Below, one piece after another: positions 48,373 through 57,699 of a DNA stretch of 64,000 bases (its first letter is position 1; each line of letters begins with the position of its first letter). Position numbers and translations under genes: made by a program. The notes beneath the pieces are model-generated. The model did no database searches, was not told the DNA's origin, and saw nothing but the letters and a program-made list of their open reading frames with translations. Source of the stretch: Candidatus Moraniibacteriota bacterium (GTDB lineage: Bacteria > Patescibacteriota > Minisyncoccia > Moranbacterales > UBA1568); contig JBPOIB010000001.1 in the NCBI GenBank assembly GCA_052034935.1, forward strand, positions 236,173 through 300,172, given 5' to 3'.

Positions 48373-50862
48373 ATGATGTCGAAACTCTCGATGGGTCATA
48401 TTGTAGAGCAGACTCGGAAAAACCGAACGGTCTTAATCCTTGCTGCCATCCTTGTCATCGGCGCCATCTTCAAACTGGCCGACTTTTCTGACCTTGTTCG
48501 CTTCAACGCCGACCAGGTGCGCGACGTACGCATTGTCGAATCCATGGTGAATGAAGGAGAGTTCCCACTCCTCGGCCCGAAAGCCGGTGGCACGACCTTC
48601 AAGCTCGGGCCAGCCTTCTACTATCTCGAATACTTCTCAGCATCCCTCTTCGGTGCAACACCAGAGGGTATCGCGCTCATTTTTCCTCTTCTCAGCATCG
48701 CTTCAGTCGCACTCCTTTTCTTCCTTTTCCGCCGCTTCTTTCCTGTGCCGCTCGCACTTGGGTTGACCCTGCTCTACGCTACTGCGTTCTACTTCACCAA
48801 GTACTCACGCTTCGCCTGGAATCCGAACGCGATTCCGTTCCTCTTTATCGCTTTCCTTATCCTTCTCCTCATTTCGATGGAAACGACCGGAAAACGACTC
48901 CTCATCACTTACGGACTCATCGGACTCACCATGGGTATCGGGATGCAACTCCACACGACACTCCTACTTCTCATGCCGGCTCTTTTCCTCGCGGTGCATA
49001 TCCGGAGTGCCATCGAGAAAAATAACTACCGCTGGCAAGAATTTGCCCTCGCCACCATGCTCGCGCTTTTCTGCCATGTCCCATTCTTCCTTTCGGATCT
49101 CCAGAACGGTGGCGCCAATATCCGGTCATTCTTCGCCGGGATGACCACCAAGACCGAAGAGAACCAATCTCTCGGCAGCAATCTCATCTTGAATGCTCAA
49201 TTTTTTATCCAAGGCACCACGTACGCACTATCTGGAATGGAGCCGAGCAAGGACTGGACTAAGTCAAAAAGTTACGCTTCGTTTCCGAATTTCCGCGAAT
49301 TCCTCCTCGTCATAGGTGGTCTCGGCTTCTTCGTACTTGGAGCCTTCTTCCTGGTCCGTCGGCTTCAGAGCGAACGCAACCAGGAGCGCAAGAATTTCCT
49401 TGAGCTCATGTCCGCGCTCCTCGGATTTTCTTTTCTTCTTTTCCTCCCAATCGCCAACGAGCTCAATCTCCGATTCTTCATCGTCCTTGTGGTATTGCCC
49501 TACCTCTTCCTCGCACTCATTAGTGAAGAGTTCCTTCACCGATGCAAGACACGTCCTCACTTCGCCTACACAGCGGTCACTTTACTCTTCGTTCTCCTTA
49601 TCCTCGCCAATACCCGCATGGTCATCCGGACTTATGATCTCGAAGACTACCAGGTCAAAGACCAAGTCTATGGTGGTCTTTCGCTTGACGAAGGAAAGCG
49701 ACTCGCCACTTTCATTGCCGAAACGGACCAGGCATCAGGAAATAAAAACGGCCGTGTCATCATGTATTCATTCGAGTTCGAACGCTCTCTTGAATACCTT
49801 CTTGAGCCCTATAATCTCCAGATTGACGAAATCGAAGAGGACCAGTCGCGCCTCGCGCTCCGCTACCTCATTACCGAAAATGACAAGACTGAAGCGGCCA
49901 GGAAAAAGCTCGATTGCTGTTACACTGTGCTCCGAGAGAATAAGATTGGCCGCTTCACCATCACCGCTCTCGCGCCGAAAGAGGATCTGGGCGCGTGCAA
50001 AATCGGATTCATCACTGATATCCATGCCACCCGTTCGAAAGAAGCTCCCTTCATCGGTTTCGGCTCCTACGAGCCACTCCTCGCCTTCATGGATACGATG
50101 GAGGAAAAATTCCAGCCTGATATCCTCGTCGAGAACGGCGACTTTATCGACGGTTCGGAGACGAGCAATGCTCGGGCGCTTGAACTCTACCAACGCACGA
50201 AAAGGATCTACGATAGACTCGGCCTCCCCACACTCCATGTCATGGGCAATCATGAGACCAGGAAGGGCGGCATCACCACGGAGCAGTGGCTCACGTTCGC
50301 CGGGCAGGACCGTACCTACTACTCCGAAACCTGCAAGAACACCGAGATCGTCGTGCTTGACGGAAACAATGATGCGCTCCGCGAATCAATGAACGAAGAC
50401 GAGCGTAAAACACTCGAGAGGAACTATTTCATACCGGAAGAACAATTCGCTTGGCTCGAGTCCGCGCTCGCCGCTGCGAAAGACCGCCAGAAAATCGTCT
50501 TCATCCATGAACCGCTCTTTCCTCGCGCCGAAATCACCCAGAATATCAAGCCCGAAAAGGATTTACGGAAAGAGGATAGAGAACGGCTTCAGGCGCTTTT
50601 CAAAGAGCACTCAGTGGCAGCTGTCGTCTCTGGACATGTCGAGTCCCTCTTCCATTCAACTATCGGTGGCACTGGACATTTTATCCTCCCGGGTGTCCGG
50701 AAGAGTGCCAACCTCGCCGTCCAGTGGCTCGGGTCTTTCGCGGAAATCGTCGTCGGAAGCAATGGCGAAGTTGCACTGAATTTTATGTATCGGAAAAACT
50801 GGGAAGAGTCCTACGAATCTGTCTTCATCCCCTCCCGAGCCTACCGGAATCTGGAGAAATAA
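48373..50862 (+). CDS. Fusion: ArnT-like GT-C membrane domain (N-terminal, about 380 aa) plus C-terminal calcineurin-like metallophosphoesterase domain
   Basis: The N-terminus is paralogous to 42308 (ADQVRDVRIVESMVNEGEFPLLGPKAGG; RFAWNPN). The C-terminus has the motifs DIH, GDFIDG, GNHE, FIHEP and SGHVE. Confidence 0.65.
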   Translation: MMSKLSMGHIVEQTRKNRTVLILAAILVIGAIFKLADFSDLVRFNADQVRDVRIVESMVNEGEFPLLGPKAGGTTFKLGPAFYYLEYFSASLFGATPEGIALIFPLLSIASVALLFFLFRRFFPVPLALGLTLLYATAFYFTKYSRFAWNPNAIPFLFIAFLILLLISMETTGKRLLITYGLIGLTMGIGMQLHTTLLLLMPALFLAVHIRSAIEKNNYRWQEFALATMLALFCHVPFFLSDLQNGGANIRSFFAGMTTKTEENQSLGSNLILNAQFFIQGTTYALSGMEPSKDWTKSKSYASFPNFREFLLVIGGLGFFVLGAFFLVRRLQSERNQERKNFLELMSALLGFSFLLFLPIANELNLRFFIVLVVLPYLFLALISEEFLHRCKTRPHFAYTAVTLLFVLLILANTRMVIRTYDLEDYQVKDQVYGGLSLDEGKRLATFIAETDQASGNKNGRVIMYSFEFERSLEYLLEPYNLQIDEIEEDQSRLALRYLITENDKTEAARKKLDCCYTVLRENKIGRFTITALAPKEDLGACKIGFITDIHATRSKEAPFIGFGSYEPLLAFMDTMEEKFQPDILVENGDFIDGSETSNARALELYQRTKRIYDRLGLPTLHVMGNHETRKGGITTEQWLTFAGQDRTYYSETCKNTEIVVLDGNNDALRESMNEDERKTLERNYFIPEEQFAWLESALAAAKDRQKIVFIHEPLFPRAEITQNIKPEKDLRKEDRERLQALFKEHSVAAVVSGHVESLFHSTIGGTGHFILPGVRKSANLAVQWLGSFAEIVVGSNGEVALNFMYRKNWEESYESVFIPSRAYRNLEK

Positions 50863-51796
50863 TTCCTTCGGTTTCCTTCGCTTTGAGATAATGCGGCAGA
50901 GCGAGGAATGAAATGAGCATCTGCAGAAGCCGGGAAAGAAGTGCGGCGGTCACCGCTACTTCCGCTGAAACGCCGACGAGCCCAAAGAAAAAGACATACG
51001 CCCACTCTTTCACGCCGATATTATTGACGGAGATGGGGATATTGGCGACGAGCGTCGCAGAAAAGATTGCGCTGAAAAATACCCAGAACGGGAGATCGGC
51101 GCTGAGCGCCTGGAAAAGTACGTAGTTGCTGAGTCCCACCCCGACCAACATGAAAAAAAGCGACCAGAGAAGTGCTCGGCCGTAGGTTTTCCGGTTCGCG
51201 AATAATTCGAAGCCCTGGAAAACCCCGACCAGCTTCTGTCCAGGGAACAGTGCGGCCAGCGGCTGGAGAGAGCGGTAGAGCTTCTCCGTCCAGAGAAGCG
51301 CCGCGAAGATCATCAGGGCAGCCGAAAGCACGATCGCACCAAGGATAATCAGTACGGGATCGGTCGACAAGACCGCCCACGGGTACGCAAAAAGCCCGAG
51401 ACCCGACAAGAGGAAGAGTCCGAGCAGGCCGGTAATCCGGTCGAAGAAAACGACCGCGAACGCACGAACGCGTTCCCCTGCCTTCGCCATCCAGAAAACC
51501 CGGTAGGTGTCACCGCCGACCGTCGAGGGCAGGAAATTATTGATAAAAGCGCCGGAGAGATAGGCGAAGAATCCATCAGCTACACTGAAGGAGAAACCCT
51601 GAAGCCGGGCAAGATACTGCCATTTCGCCGCCGAAATAATGTTTCCGATAATCTGGATGAGGCAGTAGCTGATCAGGAGCGGCACCGAAGCCTCAGCGAT
51701 GATACCGGCTACCGATGACCAATCGACCGCTTTGATGAGCCAGACGACCAAGGCAATAGTCACGGCAATTTTAAGCGGCAATTTTACATTTTTCAT
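50825..51796 (-). CDS. UPF0104 / lysylphosphatidylglycerol-synthase-TM-like flippase-like membrane protein
   Basis: About 8 TM segments are predicted. The N-terminus KIAVTIALVVWLIKAVDW...FINNFLPSTVGGDTYRVFW matches the family. I set the start at ATG 51796. Confidence 0.6.
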   Translation of the reverse strand: MKNVKLPLKIAVTIALVVWLIKAVDWSSVAGIIAEASVPLLISYCLIQIIGNIISAAKWQYLARLQGFSFSVADGFFAYLSGAFINNFLPSTVGGDTYRVFWMAKAGERVRAFAVVFFDRITGLLGLFLLSGLGLFAYPWAVLSTDPVLIILGAIVLSAALMIFAALLWTEKLYRSLQPLAALFPGQKLVGVFQGFELFANRKTYGRALLWSLFFMLVGVGLSNYVLFQALSADLPFWVFFSAIFSATLVANIPISVNNIGVKEWAYVFFFGLVGVSAEVAVTAALLSRLLQMLISFLALPHYLKAKETEGIISPDSGRLGRG

Positions 51797-51804
51797 ATCC
51801 TCGT

Positions 51805-52965
51805 TTATTTTGTGGAACACTGTTCGAGGACCGACTGAAAATTCTTTGCTACCTTATTCCAACTCTGTGCTTCAGCCCGCTGCCGACTTTCGCTCCCATA
51901 CTTCATTACAAGCTCTCGGTTCTGTAAAAACATCTCAATCGCTTTCGCGAGCGCTTCAGCGGAACGCTCTGGGATAACTATACCATTCACTCCTTCTCGG
52001 ACGAGCTCAGCCGTTCCGCCGGTCGGCGTAGCAATGATAGGGAGACCACACGCGAGCGCTTCAAGCATCGCATTGCTCATCCCCTCGTTCAGCGATGGGA
52101 GGACAAAAAGCGAAGCCTCCTGGTAGTACGGCGCCGTTTCTTCGCGCGGTATCCGTCCGAGGAAAGTCACTTTTTCCTGCAATCCTTTTTCTCGGACAAG
52201 CGTTTCAAGCGCCGGCCGAGCACTTCCATCCCCCATCACTTTCAGATGAATGTCCGGATACCGGGACGCGAGCATCGCGACGGCTTCGATCAGATAATCA
52301 AGCCCCTTCCGCTCGGTCACCCGAGAAGCCCCAGGCGTGATAATGAATTCGTCCTTCGGGCGCCTGCTTTGATCGGAGGTAAAACGACGGATATCGACGC
52401 CGTTTTCAATGATAGTGAACGACTGTTTTGGTGCTGACTCTTTGGCCAGTGCCTCAAGACCGACGCTATTCGGGACTACTGCCGCCGCAAAGCGCCAGAC
52501 GAGACGGATAACCGGACGAATAAAAGGATAGAGCCATGAATACTTGCGACTATACCCTGGGACATCCGATCCACGAAGGGACACAATATACGGTAGGTGG
52601 AATTCCCATTTGAGAAGCAACGCCAAAAATCCACAGGGTACCCCGAAGAAAGCCAGTGTCGTATCAAAAGGCTTGGACTGCTTCTCTATGAGCTTACGCG
52701 AGAACCACCAAGCCTTGAGACTGTATCTGAGAACATCCCCGATCGACTGATGGTGTAGATTATTCTCGTTCTTCCCAATCGGTAAACGATGAATGAAGAC
52801 ATTGCTGCCGAGCGTCGTTTTGACGAACTCAGAACCCACGCTCGACGTCACGAGATGCACCTCGATAGATTCGTCCCGCGCCCATTCTTCGAGAATACAG
52901 GCTGTAGCATTGGCTGCTCCACCGCCGAGGGGCGGATACTCGTAGTTAAGGAAGAGGACTTTCAT
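51805..52965 (-). CDS. Glycosyltransferase family 4
   Basis: The N-terminus MKVLFLNYEYPPLGGGAANA is typical of GT4. NEGMSNAMLEALACGLPIIAT is the C-terminal motif. Confidence 0.75.
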   Translation of the reverse strand: MKVLFLNYEYPPLGGGAANATACILEEWARDESIEVHLVTSSVGSEFVKTTLGSNVFIHRLPIGKNENNLHHQSIGDVLRYSLKAWWFSRKLIEKQSKPFDTTLAFFGVPCGFLALLLKWEFHLPYIVSLRGSDVPGYSRKYSWLYPFIRPVIRLVWRFAAAVVPNSVGLEALAKESAPKQSFTIIENGVDIRRFTSDQSRRPKDEFIITPGASRVTERKGLDYLIEAVAMLASRYPDIHLKVMGDGSARPALETLVREKGLQEKVTFLGRIPREETAPYYQEASLFVLPSLNEGMSNAMLEALACGLPIIATPTGGTAELVREGVNGIVIPERSAEALAKAIEMFLQNRELVMKYGSESRQRAEAQSWNKVAKNFQSVLEQCSTK

Positions 52966-52984
52966 GCGCTGAAGATTTCAGATT

Positions 52985-54295
52985 CTACACCCCGACCCCG
53001 TAGTACTCGAATCCGGCGGCCTCCGCCTCGGAGCGCTCAAGAACATTGCGCCCATCATAGATGATCACACCTCTCATCTGTTTCTTGATATCTTTATAAT
53101 CTGCTACTCGGAATTCATCCCACTCAGTACAGATAACGAGCGCGTCCACGCCCTTGAGCGCTTCCAGAGCTTTTTTGGTATATGTGAGCCGCTTGTCAGT
53201 CATTACCTTCGCGGCTGTTTCCATCGCGACCGGATCAAAAGCCCGGACCTTTGCCCCTGCCTCGAGCAGCGCGCGGATATTCATGAGTGCGGCCGCCTCG
53301 CGGACATCGTCCGTTCGTGGCTTAAATGCGAGCCCCCAGACGGCAACGGTTTTGTCCTTCATCTTTTCGCCCCAGAGCTCGCGCAGCTTTGCAAAGGGCC
53401 GGAGACGTTGGCTCGTATTCACCTCATCCACCATCTCGAGTAGTTGGAAATGCGACTGATATTCATGTCCGGTCTTGATGAATGCTTTCACATCTTTTGG
53501 GAAGCATGAGCCACCATAGCCGATTCCCGCATAGAGAAAACGTGAGCCGATCCGATTATCATAGCCGAGCCCCTTGGCCACTTCTTTTACGTTGCCGCCG
53601 GCCGCCTCGCAGAAATTCGCCACCTCATTGATGAAAGTAATCTTGGTCGCGAGGAACGCATTCGCTGCGTACTTAATGATTTCTGCACTCCGGACATCGG
53701 TCAGCATGAGCGGCCGACCGCTCCGGACGATCGGACGATACACCTGTTCCATAATCTTCTTCGCCTTGACTGATGCGGCTCCGACGACAACTCGGTCCGG
53801 ATTGAGGAAATCCTTCACTGCCGCTCCCTCGCGGAGAAATTCCGGATTGGAGACGACTTCGAACGGATGCTTGCCTTTGGACGCTTCTTTGATAACCCGA
53901 GTGACTTTCTCCGCCGTCCCGACTGGTACGGTCGACTTATCGACGAAGATCTTGTAGCTATTCAAATGTTTACCAAAGGCTTCCGCCGCCGAGAAAACAT
54001 ACTTCAGATTCGCCTCGCCCGTCACCGGGTCCTCTGGAGTACCGACCGCCATAAATACAACCTCCGATTCTTGGATCGCCTCCTTCAGGTCAGTCGTAAA
54101 CGAGAGCCGGCCCTCCTTTACATTTCGCTCGACAACCTCCTCGAGGCCAATTTCGTAGATTGGGATGATCCCTTTCTTCAGCTTGGCAATCTTTTCTTTG
54201 TCGACATCGGCGCAAATCACCTCATGCCCGATTTCCGCCATGCACGCCCCCGACACTAGACCGACATACCCCGTCCCCAGAAAGGAAAGTTTCAT
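52985..54295 (-). CDS. ugd: UDP-glucose 6-dehydrogenase
   Basis: MKLSFLGTGYVGLVSG is the Rossmann motif. GGSCFPKD carries the catalytic Cys. I set the start at ATG 54295 because the track start is TTG. Confidence 0.85.
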   Translation of the reverse strand: MKLSFLGTGYVGLVSGACMAEIGHEVICADVDKEKIAKLKKGIIPIYEIGLEEVVERNVKEGRLSFTTDLKEAIQESEVVFMAVGTPEDPVTGEANLKYVFSAAEAFGKHLNSYKIFVDKSTVPVGTAEKVTRVIKEASKGKHPFEVVSNPEFLREGAAVKDFLNPDRVVVGAASVKAKKIMEQVYRPIVRSGRPLMLTDVRSAEIIKYAANAFLATKITFINEVANFCEAAGGNVKEVAKGLGYDNRIGSRFLYAGIGYGGSCFPKDVKAFIKTGHEYQSHFQLLEMVDEVNTSQRLRPFAKLRELWGEKMKDKTVAVWGLAFKPRTDDVREAAALMNIRALLEAGAKVRAFDPVAMETAAKVMTDKRLTYTKKALEALKGVDALVICTEWDEFRVADYKDIKKQMRGVIIYDGRNVLERSEAEAAGFEYYGVGV

Positions 54296-54364
54296 ACACA
54301 AATCAATTATCAGTAATCAAATCCGCTGGCACGATAAAAACCTTCGCAGTCAAGAAATCCCGTC

Positions 54365-55309
54365 TTAAGGATTCGTGACGACTTCGCGCACATTGTAGTT
54401 CATCCGATGGCGCGCCTGGTAATAGCTCCGCACCGAGATATCCGCCAAAAGGCCGGAGACAAAGAGTTGAATCCCAATGAGAGCGAAGAAGACGCCAATG
54501 AGCGGCCAGAGACGCTCCGAGAGCGAAGCGCCAAAAACGAGCTTCTCCACGAGCATCCAAGCGAGGATGACACCGCCGAGAGAAAAAAGGAATACGCCGA
54601 CACCACCGAAAAGATGGAGCGGACGATGGGAGTACTTGCGCCAGAACCAAATGGAGAGCATATCAACGAACCCTTTCATCCCGCGCTTCCAATTGTATTT
54701 GGTCACGCCATGGACGCGTGGGTGATGGCTCACCTTCACTTCCGCCACCCTGAATCCTTCGAGCTCGAGGATTGCCGGGATAAAACGATGCATTTCGCCA
54801 AAGAGATCGATATCTTTGAAGCACTCGCGACGATACGCCTTCAGGCTGCAGCCGGAATCATGGATATTGTCATGAATGAGGACCTTGCGGAGTAGGTTGG
54901 CAATGCGCGATGGAATCTTCTTACTCCATGGATCCTGGCGTTTGTAGCGCCAGCCGGACACGACATCATAACCCTCATTTATTTTCCCAATGAGAAGCGG
55001 GATATCGTCCGGATCATTCTGAAGATCGCCATCAAGGGTTACAATGATATCATTCGTTGCTGCCTTGATACCTGCATCGAACGCCGCCGTCTGACCGAAG
55101 TTCTTCCGGAAGACGATGAGTTTCACTGGCGTGCACTGCTTGGCCTCAACAAGCGTCTTATCCCGCGAACCATCATCGACGAAGATGATTTCATAGGGAT
55201 TGCCCATCTTTTGGAGCGCCGCCTTAATCCGTCGGTGAAGCTCAAGCACATTCCCCTCTTCGTTATAGAGCGGAACGACCACTGAAAGCGAACATTTTAC
55301 TGTTTCCAT
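54365..55309 (-). CDS. GT2 polyprenyl-phosphate glycosyltransferase (GtrB/ArnC/DPM1-like) with two C-terminal TM helices
   Basis: The GT-A region is LSVVVPLYNEEGN...FVDDGSRDKT...TLDGDLQND. The C-terminal TM segments are FGGVGVFLFSLGGVILAWMLV and LIGVFFALIGIQLFVSGLL. Confidence 0.8.
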   Translation of the reverse strand: METVKCSLSVVVPLYNEEGNVLELHRRIKAALQKMGNPYEIIFVDDGSRDKTLVEAKQCTPVKLIVFRKNFGQTAAFDAGIKAATNDIIVTLDGDLQNDPDDIPLLIGKINEGYDVVSGWRYKRQDPWSKKIPSRIANLLRKVLIHDNIHDSGCSLKAYRRECFKDIDLFGEMHRFIPAILELEGFRVAEVKVSHHPRVHGVTKYNWKRGMKGFVDMLSIWFWRKYSHRPLHLFGGVGVFLFSLGGVILAWMLVEKLVFGASLSERLWPLIGVFFALIGIQLFVSGLLADISVRSYYQARHRMNYNVREVVTNP

Positions 55310-55389
55310 GGTGTCATTTTACCGGATAGCGGTATGAAAGGCAAAGCCAGATCGAATAATTCCAAACCCCGATACTCGGATTTTTTACC

Positions 55390-55418
55390 TTGACAAAGAA
55401 TGTTATTACATGTAGTAT
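55390..55418 (+). promoter_or_regulatory. Sigma70-like promoter TTGACA-N17-TGtAGTAT
   Basis: TTGACA at 55390-55395, a 17-nt spacer, and TAGTAT at 55413-55418 preceded by TG. It lies 18 nt before ATG 55436. Confidence 0.55.
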
Positions 55419-55435
55419 ATGACTTAATAAAACCT

Positions 55436-56371
55436 ATGCGTGTACTCATTACAGGTGGAGCCGGCTTTATCGGCTCTCATGTGGCGGATGTGCTCATTGA
55501 ACGTGGTCATCGCGTGACCATTCTTGATGATCTCTCGAGCGGATCGCCGAGCAACGTCAATCGTCGGGCCAAGTTCTACAAATTCGATATCGGCAACCGG
55601 AAACGGCTCGAAAAACTCTTTGAGAAGGTAGAGCCCGAAGCGGTTTTCCACTTCGCTGCCCAAATCAATGTCCGAGCCTCGGTCGAGAATCCGCTCGCCG
55701 ACGCGACGACGAATATCCTCGGGACCATCTCGCTCATCGAGCTCGCGGCCAAGCATCAGGTGAAGAAATTTGTCTTTTCCTCGACCGGCGGGGCAATGTT
55801 CGACGACCTCACGCCGCGGCCCACACCCGAATCAATTCCAGCCGCGCCGCTTTCGCCCTACGGTATCGCCAAGCTCTCCGTCGAACACTATCTGCGCTTT
55901 TTCCATACTGTACACGGACTCCCGTATATCGTGCTGCGCTATGCGAATGTCTATGGTCCGCGCCAGAACGCCCATGGTGAGGCTGGCGTCGTCGCGATCT
56001 TCCTCAACCGCATGCTGGAGCAAGTCGCGCCGGTCATCAATGGTGATGGCACGCAGACTCGTGATTACGTCTATGTCGGCGATGTTGCCGAAGCGAACGT
56101 GAAGGCGCTCGACTCCGAGCTGACGGAAGGTACTTTCCATATTGGTACTGGTGTTGAAACAAGTGTGAACGACATTTTCCGCATGCTCAACTGGCAATTT
56201 GGCAAGGTCTTTGAAGAAAGCCACGGCCCAGCGAAAGCGGGTGAAACCATGGCAAGTGCGCTCAATGCCCGGCTCGCCAAGGAGAAACTCGGCTGGGAGC
56301 CCAAAGTTGCCCTCGCCGAAGGCTTGGTCGCTACGGCTACCTGGTTCAAGGCTCGCTCCCGAGAAGCCTAA
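55436..56371 (+). CDS. NAD-dependent epimerase/dehydratase (UDP-sugar 4-epimerase-like SDR)
   Basis: MRVLITGGAGFIGSH is the Rossmann motif. YGIAK is the catalytic YxxxK. YANVYGPRQ is a family motif. Confidence 0.8.
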   Translation: MRVLITGGAGFIGSHVADVLIERGHRVTILDDLSSGSPSNVNRRAKFYKFDIGNRKRLEKLFEKVEPEAVFHFAAQINVRASVENPLADATTNILGTISLIELAAKHQVKKFVFSSTGGAMFDDLTPRPTPESIPAAPLSPYGIAKLSVEHYLRFFHTVHGLPYIVLRYANVYGPRQNAHGEAGVVAIFLNRMLEQVAPVINGDGTQTRDYVYVGDVAEANVKALDSELTEGTFHIGTGVETSVNDIFRMLNWQFGKVFEESHGPAKAGETMASALNARLAKEKLGWEPKVALAEGLVATATWFKARSREA

Positions 56372-56513
56372 AACCTATCTGGACCGGGATGAAAGAGCAT
56401 GCCATACTGTTGGCATGTTTTGCTTTTCTTAAGCCTTTTCACCAACCTGTTTCCGATCAAGCAAAATACTGGATCGCTCAATATGCCCAAAGCTCGCCTG
56501 AATATTCGACCGA

Positions 56514-57236
56514 ATGACCTTATTGGCTGTTATGACCACCTCGAAGTCTAAAAACAACCCGCTGATCTATGTCGTACTCCCGGCCTGGAATGAGTCCACA
56601 GTGCTTCGGAACGTCTTGGCTGAAATCCAATCGGCCGGATACCGAAATATCATTGTTGTCGATGATGGGAGCAAGGACACTACTTTCGAAGTGGCCGATA
56701 GCGTACTCGGAGTTACGGCGCTCCGTCACCGGCTGAACCGCGGCAAAGGCGCCGCTACCAAGACCGGTATCGAGGCAGCGAAGCTCCTCGGAGCCGATAT
56801 CATCATCACGATGGATTCGGACGGCCAGCACAACCCCGCCGACATCGATCGACTCATCCGGCCAATCACACTTGGCAAGGCCGATGTCGTCCTCGGCAGC
56901 CGTCTCATGGACCCGCGCGGCATGCCGGTACATAAAATTCTCGCGAATTGGGTTGGCAATGCCATCACCTGGTATTTCTACGGACTCTGGGTGACTGATA
57001 GCCAATCGGGCTTCCGCGCCTATTCAAAAAAAGCCGCCCACCTCATCAATACCCGTTCCGACCGCTATGACTACGAGAGCGAAGTCATCCGCGAACTCCG
57101 CCTCCATCGGCTCTCCTTCGTAGAAATCCCTGTCGAGGTGCGCTATACTAGCTATTCCATGGGGAAACCGGAACGCCAGAGCTTTATCAATGGACTCAAG
57201 ACCTTCGGTCGCATCCTCTGGAGGCTGTTCACTTAA
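56514..57236 (+). CDS. Glycosyltransferase family 2 (short soluble DPM1-like form, partner of the downstream DUF2304 membrane protein)
   Basis: The GT-A region is IYVVLPAWNES...VVDDGSKDTT...TMDSDGQH. Confidence 0.75.
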   Translation: MTLLAVMTTSKSKNNPLIYVVLPAWNESTVLRNVLAEIQSAGYRNIIVVDDGSKDTTFEVADSVLGVTALRHRLNRGKGAATKTGIEAAKLLGADIIITMDSDGQHNPADIDRLIRPITLGKADVVLGSRLMDPRGMPVHKILANWVGNAITWYFYGLWVTDSQSGFRAYSKKAAHLINTRSDRYDYESEVIRELRLHRLSFVEIPVEVRYTSYSMGKPERQSFINGLKTFGRILWRLFT

Positions 57237-57250
57237 CTGATAGAAACTGT

Positions 57251-57595
57251 ATGAAAATCTACCAATTCATCATACTCTTCATCGCGATCTACATGCTCTA
57301 CGAAGGCGTGGAAAAATTCATGCGCCATCAGACCGGACAGACGCTCATGAAGCTCGGCGCCCGAGCGATAGTCTGGGGCGGAATGGCAATTGTTGTCATG
57401 TTTCCGGCGCTCTCGAATGACCTGGCCGAACTTATCGGCATCGAAGGCAATATCAATGCCGTCATCCTGACTGGTTTCATCCTGGTCTTCCTCATGATTT
57501 TCAAACTCCTCTCCGCCATCGAGCGTCTCGAGCAGCAGATCACGCTCTTTACCCGCAAAGACGCTCTGAAAAATATTGCCACACCTGAAAAATAG
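57251..57595 (+). CDS. DUF2304 small integral membrane protein
   Basis: Three TM segments are predicted and the protein is 114 aa. It lies immediately downstream of the GT2 gene. Confidence 0.6.
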   Translation: MKIYQFIILFIAIYMLYEGVEKFMRHQTGQTLMKLGARAIVWGGMAIVVMFPALSNDLAELIGIEGNINAVILTGFILVFLMIFKLLSAIERLEQQITLFTRKDALKNIATPEK

Positions 57596-57699
57596 AATTC
57601 CTTCTGGAAATTCTCGTCAAATAGTCTAAACCCTTTATTTCCTGTAAAATGAGGGGTAGTTTTCATTAAACTCAATCCTGTCCGCGACCGATCGACTGT

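Noticed and set aside
49316-50392. 358-aa Ser/Arg-rich ORF
   Set aside because: It is an alternative frame inside the GT-C/metallophosphoesterase fusion gene and has low complexity.
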